From positions 248,001-306,506 of the forward strand of contig CT867990.1 in the NCBI GenBank assembly GCA_000165425.1: a DNA stretch of 58,506 bases, given 5' to 3'. The notes beneath the pieces are model-generated. The model saw only the letters and a program-made list of their open reading frames with translations. It searched no databases and was not told where the DNA came from. This document shows, in pieces, positions 24,833 to 41,544 of this stretch (positions are counted from its first letter, which is position 1; every line of letters begins with the position of its first letter). The stretch comes from Paramecium tetraurelia (lineage: Eukaryota). Made by a program: the position numbers and the translations under genes.

Positions 24833-26097
24833 ATGATTTGTGTGAGACATCACACCTTTTTAAACTAAAAATATGGAATCTTCAACTAAGACAATCTCTT
24901 AATGATTGGAAAAGTATTTGAATATTTTAAATCATAGTCTTAGATCAACCCCAAATATCGTATTCCTTATAGTATAGAGAGTATTATTACCTGGAGCTTC
25001 AATGACAGTCAATAATTGTAAGGGTTCGAGATGATTATCAATGGGAAGAAGAAATGGTTTGATATGAGTCCTCATCAGACATTTTAGTTGATGCAGATTT
25101 TGAATGGAAGATTTCTTTACAGAAATATTCAAGCCTTCTATCAATTCTTGTACATTATAGGAGTAGGAAGCTTTAGTAAAGTAATTTTGTAATGTATGTG
25201 TTAGGTAATCAAAGTATTTCACAATATTGAGAAGTAGTTCTACGCTTGCAAGATCCTTAAATTGACTTAATTTGATGTATCCTATAATTTAATATCACCC
25301 AAGGATTTTAAAAACGAATTTTCCATACTTTAATCTTTGGATCACCCAAATATCATCAAAGTGAAAGAAGTTTATTTGGAAGACAAGCAGATCTGGTTAA
25401 TAACGGATTTGGTCGAGGGAGGGACATTGAAAGAATATTTAGAAAAATTAACTGAAATTACTCAATTTGAAGTATATGTAATTATGAAAGTACTCAATTT
25501 AATTAATTTTAGCAAATATTAAATATTGTTTAATATTTACATTCGAAAGGATATGTTCATCGAGATATCAAACCAGAGAACATTTTATTAAGTCAATATC
25601 GTGACCCTTCCAAACTATACATGATAGATTTCGGATTGACAGCAAAGAAAGAAGATGTTGCCACTCGATACCCTAATTGTGGTACTCCAGGCTATATAGC
25701 ACCTGAAGTGATCAATTTTGATCCTCATCATCCGTATGATGAATTAAGTGACATATTCAGTTGTGGAGTTCTATTACATAAAATGTATTGATTATTTTGA
25801 TGGTTTAGAATTTATGGGACAGATTTATTTGATGGATCTTTTTATAGTGAGGTTTACTTTTAGAATCAATAGTTTCGTTTGGAATAAGAGTAATTCGACT
25901 ATAATGAATTCGAACCACTTCTCAAAGGAATGTTGCGAGAGAATCCGAATACCAGACTAACTGCTACTCAAGCCTTAGAGATGTTGGAATAGATTGTTGC
26001 GAACAGGAAGGATGTTTTCGAAGTAGAGGTTTCGGATTCAGAAGTGCAACAGGTTAGGACAGTTTCAATTTAAACATTGAGAAAACTAGGGTGTTGA
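24833..26097 (+). CDS. CAMK-group kinase with N-terminal PH-like domain, tandem copy 1
   Basis: MICVRHHTF..., [40 protein letters not shown]. Confidence 0.9.
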
Positions 26098-26212
26098 TGC
26101 CATTTGTGATTTCAATAAATATATGTTCTCATTATGTGTAATTGATGAATTGTAACAATTCATTACTGAATTTTCTTAAAGTTTCATGCACTTAATTAAT
26201 AAATTTGTATAA

Positions 26213-27523
<1,311 letters not shown>

Positions 27524-27766
27524 TTATTGAATTTGTTAATGTTTTATGTCTTATGACATTTAATAGTTATTATATACTCATCGAATCTATTCTCTAACTT
27601 ATTGATGTTCAAATCTAACCTCTTTCCTCAATAACTTATTAATAATGAAATTTTAATTCAAGACAAATTATGCATTTACTCTATTATTATTAACCCGTAC
27701 TATAAATTAAAAACATAAAAATTAATATACAAACTGAAAAAACGCAATCGGATATCTAATAGCTAA

Positions 27767-29061
27767 ATGATATTAAATTTCAATTTAATTATGATTTGCA
27801 TCCGTAAACACGCTATAATTGATTAACATTATCTGTTATTTATCCAAGATAGCAACATCTGCATCGGAAAGGTACTTTGAAGTGTTATTCTAGAATTATG
27901 CAAATCCGAAATATGTGTTGCCAATAAATTTACAGTCAAAACTTGAATGGAGTTTTGACAAAGAACTTTGTTAATTTGATGGGTTTACAATTGAGTGGAA
28001 ACATTAGAAAAAGCTATTTAACATGTCTGATATAGATTGCAGGAGGTTAAAATCACTTATTGATGGAAAAATACTATACAAAGAAATAAATTCATAATAT
28101 TTTCCTATTTAAATTGTGGGGGAAGGGACTTTTGGCAAAGTAAGTTTAAAATGTTATTGTTCCTAGGTCATCAAAGTGGTTAGTCTTATAGACAGAAAGG
28201 AGTATGCATGCAAAGTTATGAAACTAAATCAAAAGTTTTCGAAAAACGTAAATATGAAATATATATAATAGGATATAATCTATGAGTTGATGACGATGTA
28301 ATCATTGAACCACGAGAATATCGTCAAGATTAAGGAAGTTTATAGTTCAAAATCTCACTTCTTCATTATTATGGATTATTGTAGAGGAGGAACTCTTAGA
28401 GAATATATGGCATTTAGAACATTGAATTAGGATCAAATAGTTATCATAATGAAGGTATTATGAATTTTAATTGTCTCTAGTAAATCTTGAATGCTCTCAT
28501 TTATATGAATTCAAAAGGATACATCCATAGAGATATTAAACCTGACAATATCTTATTGAGAGAAGAGAATGATGTCTCCAGCATACAAGTGTGCGATTTT
28601 GGCTTTGCTGCAAGGGTTGAAGATATCTTTATTAAACATCCAAATTGTGGAACTCCTGGATTTATGGCCCCAGAAGTTATCAAATATGACCAGACTAACC
28701 CATATAATGAACAATGTGATGTTTTCAGTTGTGGATCTTTGCTATATTCAATGTAAATCTATTTATTTAAATTTATAGATTGACAGGATATAACCTTGAA
28801 GTGTAGAGTGAAGAAAGCGAAATTTATAATATAGAGGCTTAAGTATATGAAGAAAGACAATTCACTTCATGCAACAACTAATTCAAGAATATTTTGCTTA
28901 AGATGTTAGAAACTTGTCCTAATCAAAGAATAACTGCGAAGGACGCCCAAATATACTTTGAAAATTTTGACTTATACCTTCTAGAAGAATAGAATTCACT
29001 AGATGTAACACAAAAGATAAAGCATATTCCCATCAAAAAGAATGGCTTTAACTAGTTATGA
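27767..29061 (+). CDS. CAMK-group kinase with N-terminal PH-like domain, tandem copy 3 (alternative ATG 27791)
   Basis: MICIRKHAII..., VGEGTFGK, YACK, HRDIKPDN, CDFG, CGTPGFMAPE, DVFSCG. Confidence 0.9.
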
Positions 29062-29216
29062 TTCTCCTTTATTTATGTTTATAGAGTTATTTAGTATTAG
29101 ATTTTATTTATGGATTATAATGGGTTAGTTTTTAATCAAATCAATCACAATTTTTATACATCATTCTTTATTAGAATTTATCAACTAAATAATAATATTC
29201 CCTAATACTTATCATC

Positions 29217-30584
29217 ATGCTTTGTTATCGTAAACACTCTCTTTTCACAAAAAAGTACCATATTTTCAAAAATGAAAATGAAATTCTCTTAGGAGAAGTA
29301 AATATTCATTTTATTTTAGAACATAACTAAAATAAAATATACTATCAATCTCACTCCTTAAACTATCATTGATTGGTCAATTAATTAAAAAACCAAGTAA
29401 CTCAATGGGTTTTGGTTAATTTGGAATAACAAATAGAAGTTATTCTTGATGGATGCAATGAATTGTAATTTGTTTAAACAGTCTCTAAATGGCATAGTCA
29501 CCTACGGAAAATATTAAATTCTTTATGAGCCAATAAATTCTATATCGCACAATACTTTTGGCTAAGTAATCATCACTATATATAACAGATTTAATAACTT
29601 GTAAAAATGAGATATCTTGATTCTGGGGATTCCTACATGTGTAAAACTATTTAAAAATCTCTAAAATATACTGATGAAGTAAAATACAATTTATATCCTT
29701 AGGATTTCTATTATTAATTCGAAATCCTTAAATAATTAGATCATTCGAAAATCTTAAAATTGAAAGAAGTTTATAATACTAACAATTAGTATCATTTTGT
29801 TTTCAACTATCCAGAAGGAGGTTCCTTGGTTGATCTGATCAAGTCAAAATAATTACCATTCCAAGAAGTGAAATTAATAATTGAAGTAAATTATTATAAT
29901 TACTTTAGTAATTGATGTCAACCGTCTCCTATATTCATTCAAAAGGTTATGTTCATAGAAACTTAAAACCAGAACATATATACTTTTAGGAACCGAACAA
30001 CCTTGAAACTCTCGTCATTTCAGAGTTTGAATTGGGATGCAGATCAATAGATTTTCAGAATAAGTACTTATTTTCATCCCATATTTTTAGACGTCTAACT
30101 TACAGAGTTCATGGTTATTCTGCACCCGAAATTAAGTAGGATATAGTTACATAAAAATCTGATATTTTTAGTTGCGGTGTCATCTTATACAAAATGTATC
30201 CACATTTAATATTAATTTAGTATAACTAGAAAAGATTTATTTGATCATGAATCTAATACATATGATGAAAAAATGATGTTGCATTTGATCAATTAATCAG
30301 ACATCGATATCTAATACTAGAACTTACTTAGAATGATGCTTCAATTCAATCCTGAATTAAGGGCGACTGCAGATCAGTGTCTAAACATAATTCATCAACT
30401 ATCATAAAGAACTCCTTATTTCTCTCGTTCTCTCGATAAGACCCATATAGATACCAATAGCATTAACAATGAAATAATTTCAATTAATTTGATTGAGGAT
30501 TAAGATGAACTTTCCGAAAATCAGGAATTTATTTAAGGGTTACCCACCATTCAAATTAATAGGAGAACAGAAATGTTTTATTGA
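29217..30584 (+). CDS. CAMK-group pseudokinase with N-terminal PH-like domain, tandem copy 4
   Basis: MLCYRKHSLF...; HRNLKPEH, SEFELG in place of DFG, GYSAPE, DIFSCG. Intron pattern matches copies 1-3. Confidence 0.85.
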
Positions 30585-30613
30585 TTTTTAAGTGTTTTAT
30601 ATTTAATTCATAT

Positions 30614-31740
30614 TCAACTTGAATATTTAATTACTAAAATTAGACTACAAACTACAATAAGCCCTAAAAGGGTTATAATGCATTTATTTGCTAAAGGAGA
30701 ATTTTAATTTCTTTCACTCTTAGATATATCTATAAAATATTACTTCCTGAAGTTCATGGTTTGCTTTTTTTATATTTTTATATGATTAATCGATATTTTC
30801 ATCAATTCGATCAAGAAGATGTCCTTGTTCTAAAACTAGTTAATTGAGAGATTAAAAAACTTAGGCTAAGTCATTAATCATCTTAACCAATTTATTTATT
30901 TCTTAATCACTATTTCATTAGCAATTTCATATACTTTTCTTATTGGATTTATTCATAGACTTCTTCTTCCTACTAAGTTAAAATACTGTTCTGCTTAAAT
31001 TCTATTTACTTTTAATCATTTGAATTTAAAAAACTTTCTATTATTATAATTAATAAAATATACTATTTTGGTCTACGGAAACTGATTTTATCAAGTTTAC
31101 CATTCTTTTCTGTTAATTTCTCAATAGATATGCTGTTTCTGATATTTGCTAAGACAATGCCTTGCTGATATTTTCTCTTACTTAAATGATAATATTTTTG
31201 CTTACTTCTTCTTTCACTGTGAGATTCTAGGTTGCTTGTGTACATTTAAATTGTTTAAATTTTCTTTTCACATTCAACGATTTTCTTAAAGTTAAATAAA
31301 TTATTTACTGTTGTAGCCATTTAGTTTTTTTCATAAATTGATTTTTCTAACTGACTAGTATCGCCAAATTAAATCTTGACTCTTTTAGTACCCAAAATTT
31401 ATAATTCTTTGACTTATAAAATTTAAGAATATCAAATACTTATTTCCTTAATTTGTCTTATATATTCTATCGTACCATAATAGTGCTGGGCCCATCCAGC
31501 TGGAAGGCCAAAAGTGGAAGATTACATTTCGATTGAAATATTAGCATCTGTAGACAATGCAGAGTTGTTTTAAGAATTTAGTAATAAAGAGTTTTGCTCT
31601 TTAGTAAAATATTAAAGAATCTTACTTAATGGGTTAGATTACTTAGAACCTTTTATTTGATTAGATTTCAACCTTAGATTTTCTTTAAAAGAGTTTAAAG
31701 CATGAGTTTTATTTTTTAAGAGTCCTAAAGTCTGGTTCAT
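30614..31740 (-). CDS. Hypothetical coiled-coil protein with C-terminal membrane anchor
   Basis: MNQTLGLLKNKTH..., Q/E/K-rich middle, ends CIITLLGLIVVCSLILVIKYSS*. Internal introns not fully resolved. Confidence 0.6.
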
Positions 31741-32105
31741 TCTGATATCAAATTAATTAAATATTAATTAAAACTTAAAAATGGTATTTGCCATTAAAAA
31801 CAAAAAAAATTAATTATAAACTGTTAAAGTCTATTGAATGCCATCTATATTAAATCCTTGCCTTCATGATAAAATTTAATTTTGACATTGTAATTTGATA
31901 TTGTAAATTTGAAAGTAGAAATAAATTTCAGATAAGAAGACTACTGTGTTAATCGATAAGATGACAATAAGATCGGAAGAAAATCTCTTTGGAAGATATT
32001 AACTATAATTTCTGTTATTATTTTAAATGATTTTGATAATGATTATAGATTGTATAATTTTAATAAATTAAGTTTAAATCTAATCATATTTTTATTGTTA
32101 AATTA

Positions 32106-34129
<2,024 letters not shown>

Positions 34130-34226
34130 GCAATCTGATTTTATACTTCTTATCTATATAAAATAAAAGCTTATAAAACACAAATAATGAAAGCTTCAAG
34201 ATAATTCAAAAAGCATGATTTAAGTT

Positions 34227-37063
34227 TCAATGAGCTGATTATTCCAACACCAATTTATCCTCTTCAGCATATTCTATATCCATGAATTAAAATTGCTAGG
34301 ATATATTTGATACATAATCCAGAGATCGATATTCACTCTTACTAATGTTGCTAATGAGATCTTCAAGAGATCTGATTGTAATGGGTTTAATGTATACTTC
34401 TCTCATTCCTGAATCTAATAGCCTATTTATTTCATCCTCCCCTGAAAACCCAGTAAGTCCAAATATTGGAATTGGGAGGAATACTTTTTATCTTTACAAA
34501 TTTATGTGATATATTTAGTAGCCTCTTCGCCATTCATTATTGGCATTTAATAATCCATTATTATACCTTTGTATCCTTTACATTTATGTTCTTGAAATTG
34601 TTCAAGCATTTTTTCTAATAGTTGGATGCAATGTCTACCATTTTCTGCCTTCACTACTTAGTGTTGTAATTTTTTTAGAAGAGATTCTAACACTATTAAA
34701 TTGTAAGGCTCATCATCAACAATCATAAAGGTATTTTCACATTGACATAAGATTTTTCCATGAATTTAAGTGACTGTTGACCAAGGACTAAGTTTCTAAT
34801 TGAAATTGTGATATGAATGTACAATTCCTTCATTTTCAACACTAGATTCCTTTATTATCAACTCACTTGAGAAATTTTCACCTGAAATTAATCGTATTTT
34901 TATATGCATCTAAACAATTGTACCCTTATCTTATTCTGAATCGATAGATAAGTAATTTAGATTATCATCTTTACCTGATAAATTTTTTATTAATTAATTT
35001 GAAGCACGCAATCCTAGCATCATACCAGTAGATGCGTCATTTGAGTTTCTGTCAACCTAAAAGTCTTCCCCATTAAGTAAAGATCGAATTTACTCTAATC
35101 TGTCCGCACTCATTCCTAAACCGTTGTCTTTCACCTCAATCAGATAAACATCTGCAAGATTGGTTGACAAATTTCCAATTGAAGAAAATTAACTGGCCAT
35201 CTTGTATTTGCTATATGTTCTACGTTATTTATTATTTGATGAATCATGATTAAATTCACTTCCACTCAGTCTCTGCTATTGAGGAGATTAAGAATTGGGA
35301 ATCTACAATTTTGAATGTCGATGAATTTGTATTTTGCTATCAGGAACTTAAATGTAACTATTAGTTTAATAACTATTGTTATTGTTAATGTTATTGTTAT
35401 TGCTATTGTTGTTGTTGCTATTACTATTGTTGTAGTTATTACTAATATCTTTTAGCAGCCTAATTTAAATTAATCCATCAGACTTACTAAATCTAATGCT
35501 ATTAGAAATAATATGAACGAGGATGCTTTGAAATCTCTCTGAATTCAACAATTCATAATTATTGGTCTGTATTTTATCCTCATATTTAATCTTGATATTT
35601 TTTAGTTCCGCTTCATCTTTGAATAGGTCTATCACTTCCTATATTAATATATTAATTCTAATTTTGTCTGATTTGACAGGCAATTGTCTTTCCCTTAACA
35701 GGTTATAATCTATTATGGATCCAATAATAAAATTTTATATTCTACAATTGTTAAAGGCAGCCTTTAAATATGTCTACACCTCTCTATCAAATTTTTGGTT
35801 ATAACTTTAAACCATCTAAATCATACCTTAAATAGCATTCAATCTAGTTCTTAATTCGTGGGAGATTGATCTTATTACTTTGCTTTTAAATTAATTCAAA
35901 TTCTTATAATAAATAGACTTTAGATTAGTTGATATATCATAAAGGTTAATTAAAGTTGCATGTTTATTATCCTCATATTACAAAAGTGTTTTCATCTTTA
36001 CTTCAATTACAACTTTTTATGATTCATCATAGACTTATTCTGGACGATCAATAAATTAGCATCTTAGGGTATATATTTTACCTTAAGTCTTTTTGTCTGT
36101 CTTAATTATATATTGAATTATTTAATTTAAGTTTAATTATTCATCATCCATATTATCAAGATTGAATTTGCTTGAATCTAATGGCAATTAATTTTTGACT
36201 TCTTCCATATTTGCAAACATTTAAGAAAAAAATAAATAAATCTCATCATAATTGTTCATAATCGATGGTTGAGTCTCAAATAGATAGTCCTATTTTACAG
36301 ACTTGGTTAGAATGGTTTTTGTCTTTGTATTTGACTTGTCTATCAATTTCTTCATATACCTATTCGAAAATAGCACTTGTTAGCAATCAGAATTTAATAT
36401 ACAAACCGCTGTTGGTATGCTTCTTAGAGATTATTCAGCGAAATGTTTTATTTTACTTAATCTCATTATTTGCTAATCCCAATAATAAACTAGTAGCAAA
36501 TTCAAAAACACAACATGGTATGTGAACAAACATTAGAATATAGTGAATTCGGTTTTATAACCTAAGTAAACGAAGAATTTAACGAGAATCATTAACCTTA
36601 GTTTGAAATTATTCATTGTTGCCATCACGATTAGCATTATTGTAAATATTAACAAGATCCCAATTACTCTTTATAAACTTTAATATTCCATCAACAATTG
36701 AGATAAATATAGCTGTAAAAGTGTTTCCATTACAATAAAGATAATTTGCGTAAGTGTTACTTTCTATTTTTTAGATAATTTTTGGATTATCCATCTATCA
36801 TATACTATCATTGCTAAAGGAAGCAACATAATTAAATAAGTATAAAGAGTGATTGTCTAACTATTATAAGATGCAAAGCCTTCAATATTTTTTATCATTA
36901 TCAATACAATACTGTAAAACAAATAGATTTTCATTATTGTCACAAACAGAGGCCAGAATTGAGAAATGATTAACTCATTCTGACAATCAATATAATTAGA
37001 GTCATTATAATCTTCGTAAATTTCTAATGCTTATCTTTTTTATTTTCTTAACCATACTAACAT
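34227..37063 (-). CDS. Hybrid membrane-bound histidine kinase (TM region, HisKA, HATPase, receiver)
   Basis: N-terminal hydrophobic helices; H-box SISHELRTRLNAI; N-box HIISNSIRFS; G1 VKDNGLGM; G2 MLGL; receiver IVDDEPYN, IMDYQMPIMNG, LTG, IKP. Confidence 0.92.
35373..35442 (-). repeat. Imperfect AAY trinucleotide repeat encoding an Asn-rich tract in the histidine kinase
   Basis: Translates SNNYNNSNSNNNNSNNNNINNNNS. Confidence 0.8.
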
Positions 37064-38844
37064 TGCTATTTAATATAAAACAACTATAAAATTATATATT
37101 AAATTAAATATTCTTTTTTTTTTCTTGAAATCATTGGAGCAGCTACTATAAATTAGGCACATCCTAAAATCAAGATAAATTTGTATTCTTTACAGTGTTT
37201 TGAGTCAAAATTGTAATGCCACTACAATCAATCATTTCTCATGCAATCAATGAAACTAATATTTTGTAAAAATTCAATTTAAGCTTATACCTAGAATATA
37301 TTGGTATGAGGAAATTTCAATAAAATCCAACATTTATATAATATATTACAATATATATATGATCTTAACTTGAATAAAATAATTAAAAGTTGTTATATTC
37401 ATTAGATTTATTATAACAAGTTATAAATTGAATAGAAAATATATTTTTTCAACGCGAAATATATCACCTTCCAATAAACTTCCAAAATATATCTACAACT
37501 TAAATATTAATTTTAATTAATCTAAAATTACTTTAATTTCAAATATTTGAAATAAATAACATTAATCAAAGCATCAAAATAACGATATTTCTACTCAATT
37601 AAAAGACCTCATGTGAAAATTATACTATCCATAATTTTCAGATTAAACTAAGCCCCATTAATAAAAATTATTAGAATTTTGATAAGGGATTCAACCCCAC
37701 AAAACCAACCTAATTTTTAGTAAATAAAACTACTCAACTCAAAATATGCACTAGTAGGAAAAAAATAGAAAAAATTTCAAAGTTGCTTGTGAAGTTGAAA
37801 GAAATAAAATTGGTTCAAACAATTAACAATTCTTCTGATAACGTATTTTATGCCTTTCAAAATACAACTGATGGAAGTGTTGTTTAATAAGATTAGTGAA
37901 ATTGAGATGACATATAAAATGGTTATGCAGAAAATGGTAAGAACGTTGAATATTATTTAACTTATGTAGAAACTTGCTTATATTCGAATAGGAATTATTG
38001 TAAATATTCAATAATGGTATTTTCATAAAAAATTTCAATTTATTATTAATGAGGCGCATAAATTTTCTAATTTAATCGCTTTCTAAAATCATAAATCAAG
38101 CCTCAAATGTTATAAAATCGCGAGTACAATTTTAAGATTGGATATGAAAAAATTCTTCCTTAGTTACCAATTTGAGTGCCCATTTGAGTGAATAAATATA
38201 TTTTAGAGTTGGATCTATTTAATATTCAAAAGAAGTTTTGTGGATAAATCTCTGAACTTCTTTTAAGGTAATTCTGATTGGAAATTTATTGAATTACTTG
38301 GTTGCATCCTTGGGCTTCTTTTATTGTCAAAAACTTCAAAAAATGATGGTCTGTTTAGATTTGCTTATAATTTTCTTAACCAAACATTAAGTTTAGGATA
38401 ATATAAGAGGACAGAAAATAAATTTCTCTGAAATAGCCCAATCTAAGCCCTAATATTGCTATCTACTATGAGGACAACTTGCTTCATTAATAATTTTCCT
38501 TATTTTTTCTCCTTTTATATTCTAATTATTATCTAGAGAGTGTTATAGCTTATCTAGTCCAAAATCTAATTAGTCTATTAATTTGAAATTTTTTATCAAT
38601 TTAGTAACATCTTATATTTATAAGAAGTATCTATAGGTTAGTGAAGAGAAAGAGAAGATATCAAACATTGAGTATGTAATTTGAATGATTCACAGAAGTG
38701 ATGTCCAAATCGTTAAACTTAGAACATTTAATAAAGTGTCTTTTTATTATATTAAAGCCAAAAATTGAGATTATGTATTAAAAATATACTAATCAATGTT
38801 GATTTTTCAAATATTTCATAATTCAAATAAATGCAGTGAATAAA

Positions 38845-39620
38845 ATGATTTACTCCTCAATTTCATTATAGAGTATATAAATTTTGTGTTATTTGTCTAA
38901 CGACTATAATAATTGAATAAAACAAATGCCTCTATCCAATCAAATATGAGAGACATAAACTAGCTCTCTGTTTTCAAATTATACAAATCCTATTGGAACT
39001 GAATTAGATTTAAAATCCTCCTAAATGATGGTTAGCATAAGTAAATAACTCAAAAAGCTTGAAGGCAAATGGTAAAACTCATTTAAATTTTAATATATAC
39101 TTTCTTAGTCTAGTTTAAATTTACCATGTAGAATCCTTTGTAATTTAATTTAGGAGGTTGTTATTCAAGTTAACATGAAGTGAAGACAATTCAAATAGCA
39201 TTATAAAAAGTTACTTCTATGAGTTAATTAAAATTCAGTATCTATAATAAATAACACTTGGCTTTATTAAAAATTTTCTTATCTTATTATTTATGTCATC
39301 TTACTTGCAAAAGTTGTAATGGAGATAATTATAATTAATGCACAAAATGCTTTTAAGGTGCTGGCTTGGTTGATGGTATATGTCTATGCCCTATTAGAAC
39401 AACTTAATCTGGTGATCCACCTTCAAATTATAGATTTTTGAACTTTTGTTTACTAGGATACTCAGATAAAGAGCTAGAGCTTGTCAAGCCTCCATAATTA
39501 CTTTGGCTTTAGCTTCAAGCTTATAGTTATGCTAAATTAATTTAGTGGAATATAATTTATGATCCTGAAAATTTAAGCAACAATAAAAATAAATGTTTTG
39601 GGACTTTTGAAAAACTGAAA
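38845..39620 (+). pseudogene. Truncated, decayed paralog of the Cys-rich membrane gene at 41545
   Basis: EGKWQN..GGCYSSQHEVKTIQI..CHLTCKSCNGDNYNQCTKCF..QWNIIYDPEN parallels GIWAN..GFCDSIQYEVKQINI..CYPKCSECSGPEYNQCQKCF..LWSIIYDHQN. Contains stops and frameshifts. Confidence 0.65.
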
Positions 39621-39899
39621 TTATGATAATTAACAATTAAAAATTAATTCAAATTTATATTCAATAATTTATCAATAATAATAGACAAATCGTTATTAAG
39701 TCAAGTAGAAATGCACATGTTATAAGAGAATACAAACCAAAGACAAAGAACAAAGGAAATTTCGAATCATAAAAATTTGTGTTTAAATTATTCTTATCAT
39801 GATTAAGCAGATAAGCTTTTCATTATGAGGAGTAGTATTACAAGTCTCAAAAAGATTCAAAATCAAGTTTCTTAGTTGATGATTTTTGCTGTTTTCAAA

Positions 39900-40650
39900 T
39901 AATTTCATTAAAAATAATAATTATTATCAATTTAAATAAAATATTTGTAATGATCTTGCAGATTATCATTAATATGGGTATTGTATCTGGAAATTAAATG
40001 GAGGATGTGAAATGACACTTTAATTATGTCAAGAAATATTGGAAAAATACTTTTGTCAAATAAATTATTATAGAGAAAGGTGCATTTGGCTTGGAGGTAA
40101 GCGCGAATTGTTACAATGTAAATAATTGAAATTACAAACCTATAAAAATCATCAAATATGCTAGAAGGCATGCATGCTAATATTGCACTTTTAATGTAAA
40201 CACTTTAGGTTGCACAGATTATTTATGTGAAAATATTTTAGAAATAGAATATTGTACTATTGAATCAAATGGTACTATTTGCACTTTGAATCAAGGATGT
40301 GTCAAAAAGATTGCAATGCTGCTCCTCCATTTTATGATTCAAATTCAAAATGTGAAGAGTAGATGCCAAAATGCACAGTTAATGTATAATATATAATTTC
40401 AGGAGTGTAAATGGGATAGATATAGTAAAAAATGTATTCATCAATAATGTACAGACGCAAATACTAGCTTTTATTTTACAAATGAAGATTGCTAATCATT
40501 TAAAGTGTTTATTGGTCCTGAAATAATTGGATCTTCAGGAGTTGGATGTTAAAAATGGCAAATAGATTGGGCTCAAATGATAACTCAAATTAATGTTAAT
40601 TGAACTTAGAAGATGGAACAAATTGTTTTTGGACTGGGAATACAAAACCT
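39900..40650 (+). pseudogene. Fragment of a Paramecium surface-antigen-type Cys-periodic gene
   Basis: CTLNQGCVK, CNAAPPFYDSNSKCEEQMPKCTVN, QQCTDANTSFYFTNEDCQSF, EDGTNCFWTG, in shifting frames. Confidence 0.65.
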
Positions 40651-41544
40651 TAATTGGCTCCATCAAATTAATCTCTTCTAGTTGTATATAGTTGAATAAA
40701 TCATTAATCATTATTCATATAAATCTGGTAGATTTTAACATTGAAATTGAATTTCCAGCACTCCAATCCTTCTATTTTGAAAAATAAAACAAAGAGACCC
40801 TATTTTTTACAGAAATGGCTGCTCCTTTTGATCTATAATTAATTTAAATAATTGCAGTTGATGTTGTGATTCATCATGATTGATATTTATGGTTTTAAAT
40901 TCTTTTAAATAATATTTTAAGTTTTCATCTGGAGAATTAGGTTGTGCTCTTATAAATTGCATTCTAGAGTTTAACTCTGGAAAAGTTCATTCAAAAGTAT
41001 ATTCGGCAATTAGCTAAATCAGATTCTGACAATTAAACAAGCTATCATAAATTTTGAATAAATTCACTTACTTTTAAAAAATATTAATTAAATCATTTTT
41101 ACAATAGAGAATATACTGAATTTATTACCATATGATTTTCTATTCTTTTGAATGTATGGAAAAATTGAAAACCACAAATATAAAATGTACAAAATATCAT
41201 TTTAATATAAATTGATTCCTTAAATTAAAATAAAATAATTATCAATAATTCTTTCTAATAAAAAATAGATCTTTGGTTAGGATTATGTAATCCATAATGT
41301 TTGTCTTAAGTTTCTCAAAGCTCATAAACACACTTTAACTTATTTTAACATTAAATTGAACCTCTTTTTTTGAATCAACATATTTAATATTTATCAAATT
41401 CTGTCTTCTTCTTCACTTATTTTAGGTGATAAATTATAGATTAGAAGTAAACTAATAAAATGAGTTTAGAATAATTTTTGATATTTTATATGCAGAGGTG
41501 ATTTAAGCAGAAATATAGAAGATAATTTGTAATAATAAAAATAT

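Noticed and set aside
37740..38300. Possible relic of a KIG.W-type repeat gene
   Set aside because: Only a few weak words (NKIG, KWQE); not enough to support a call.
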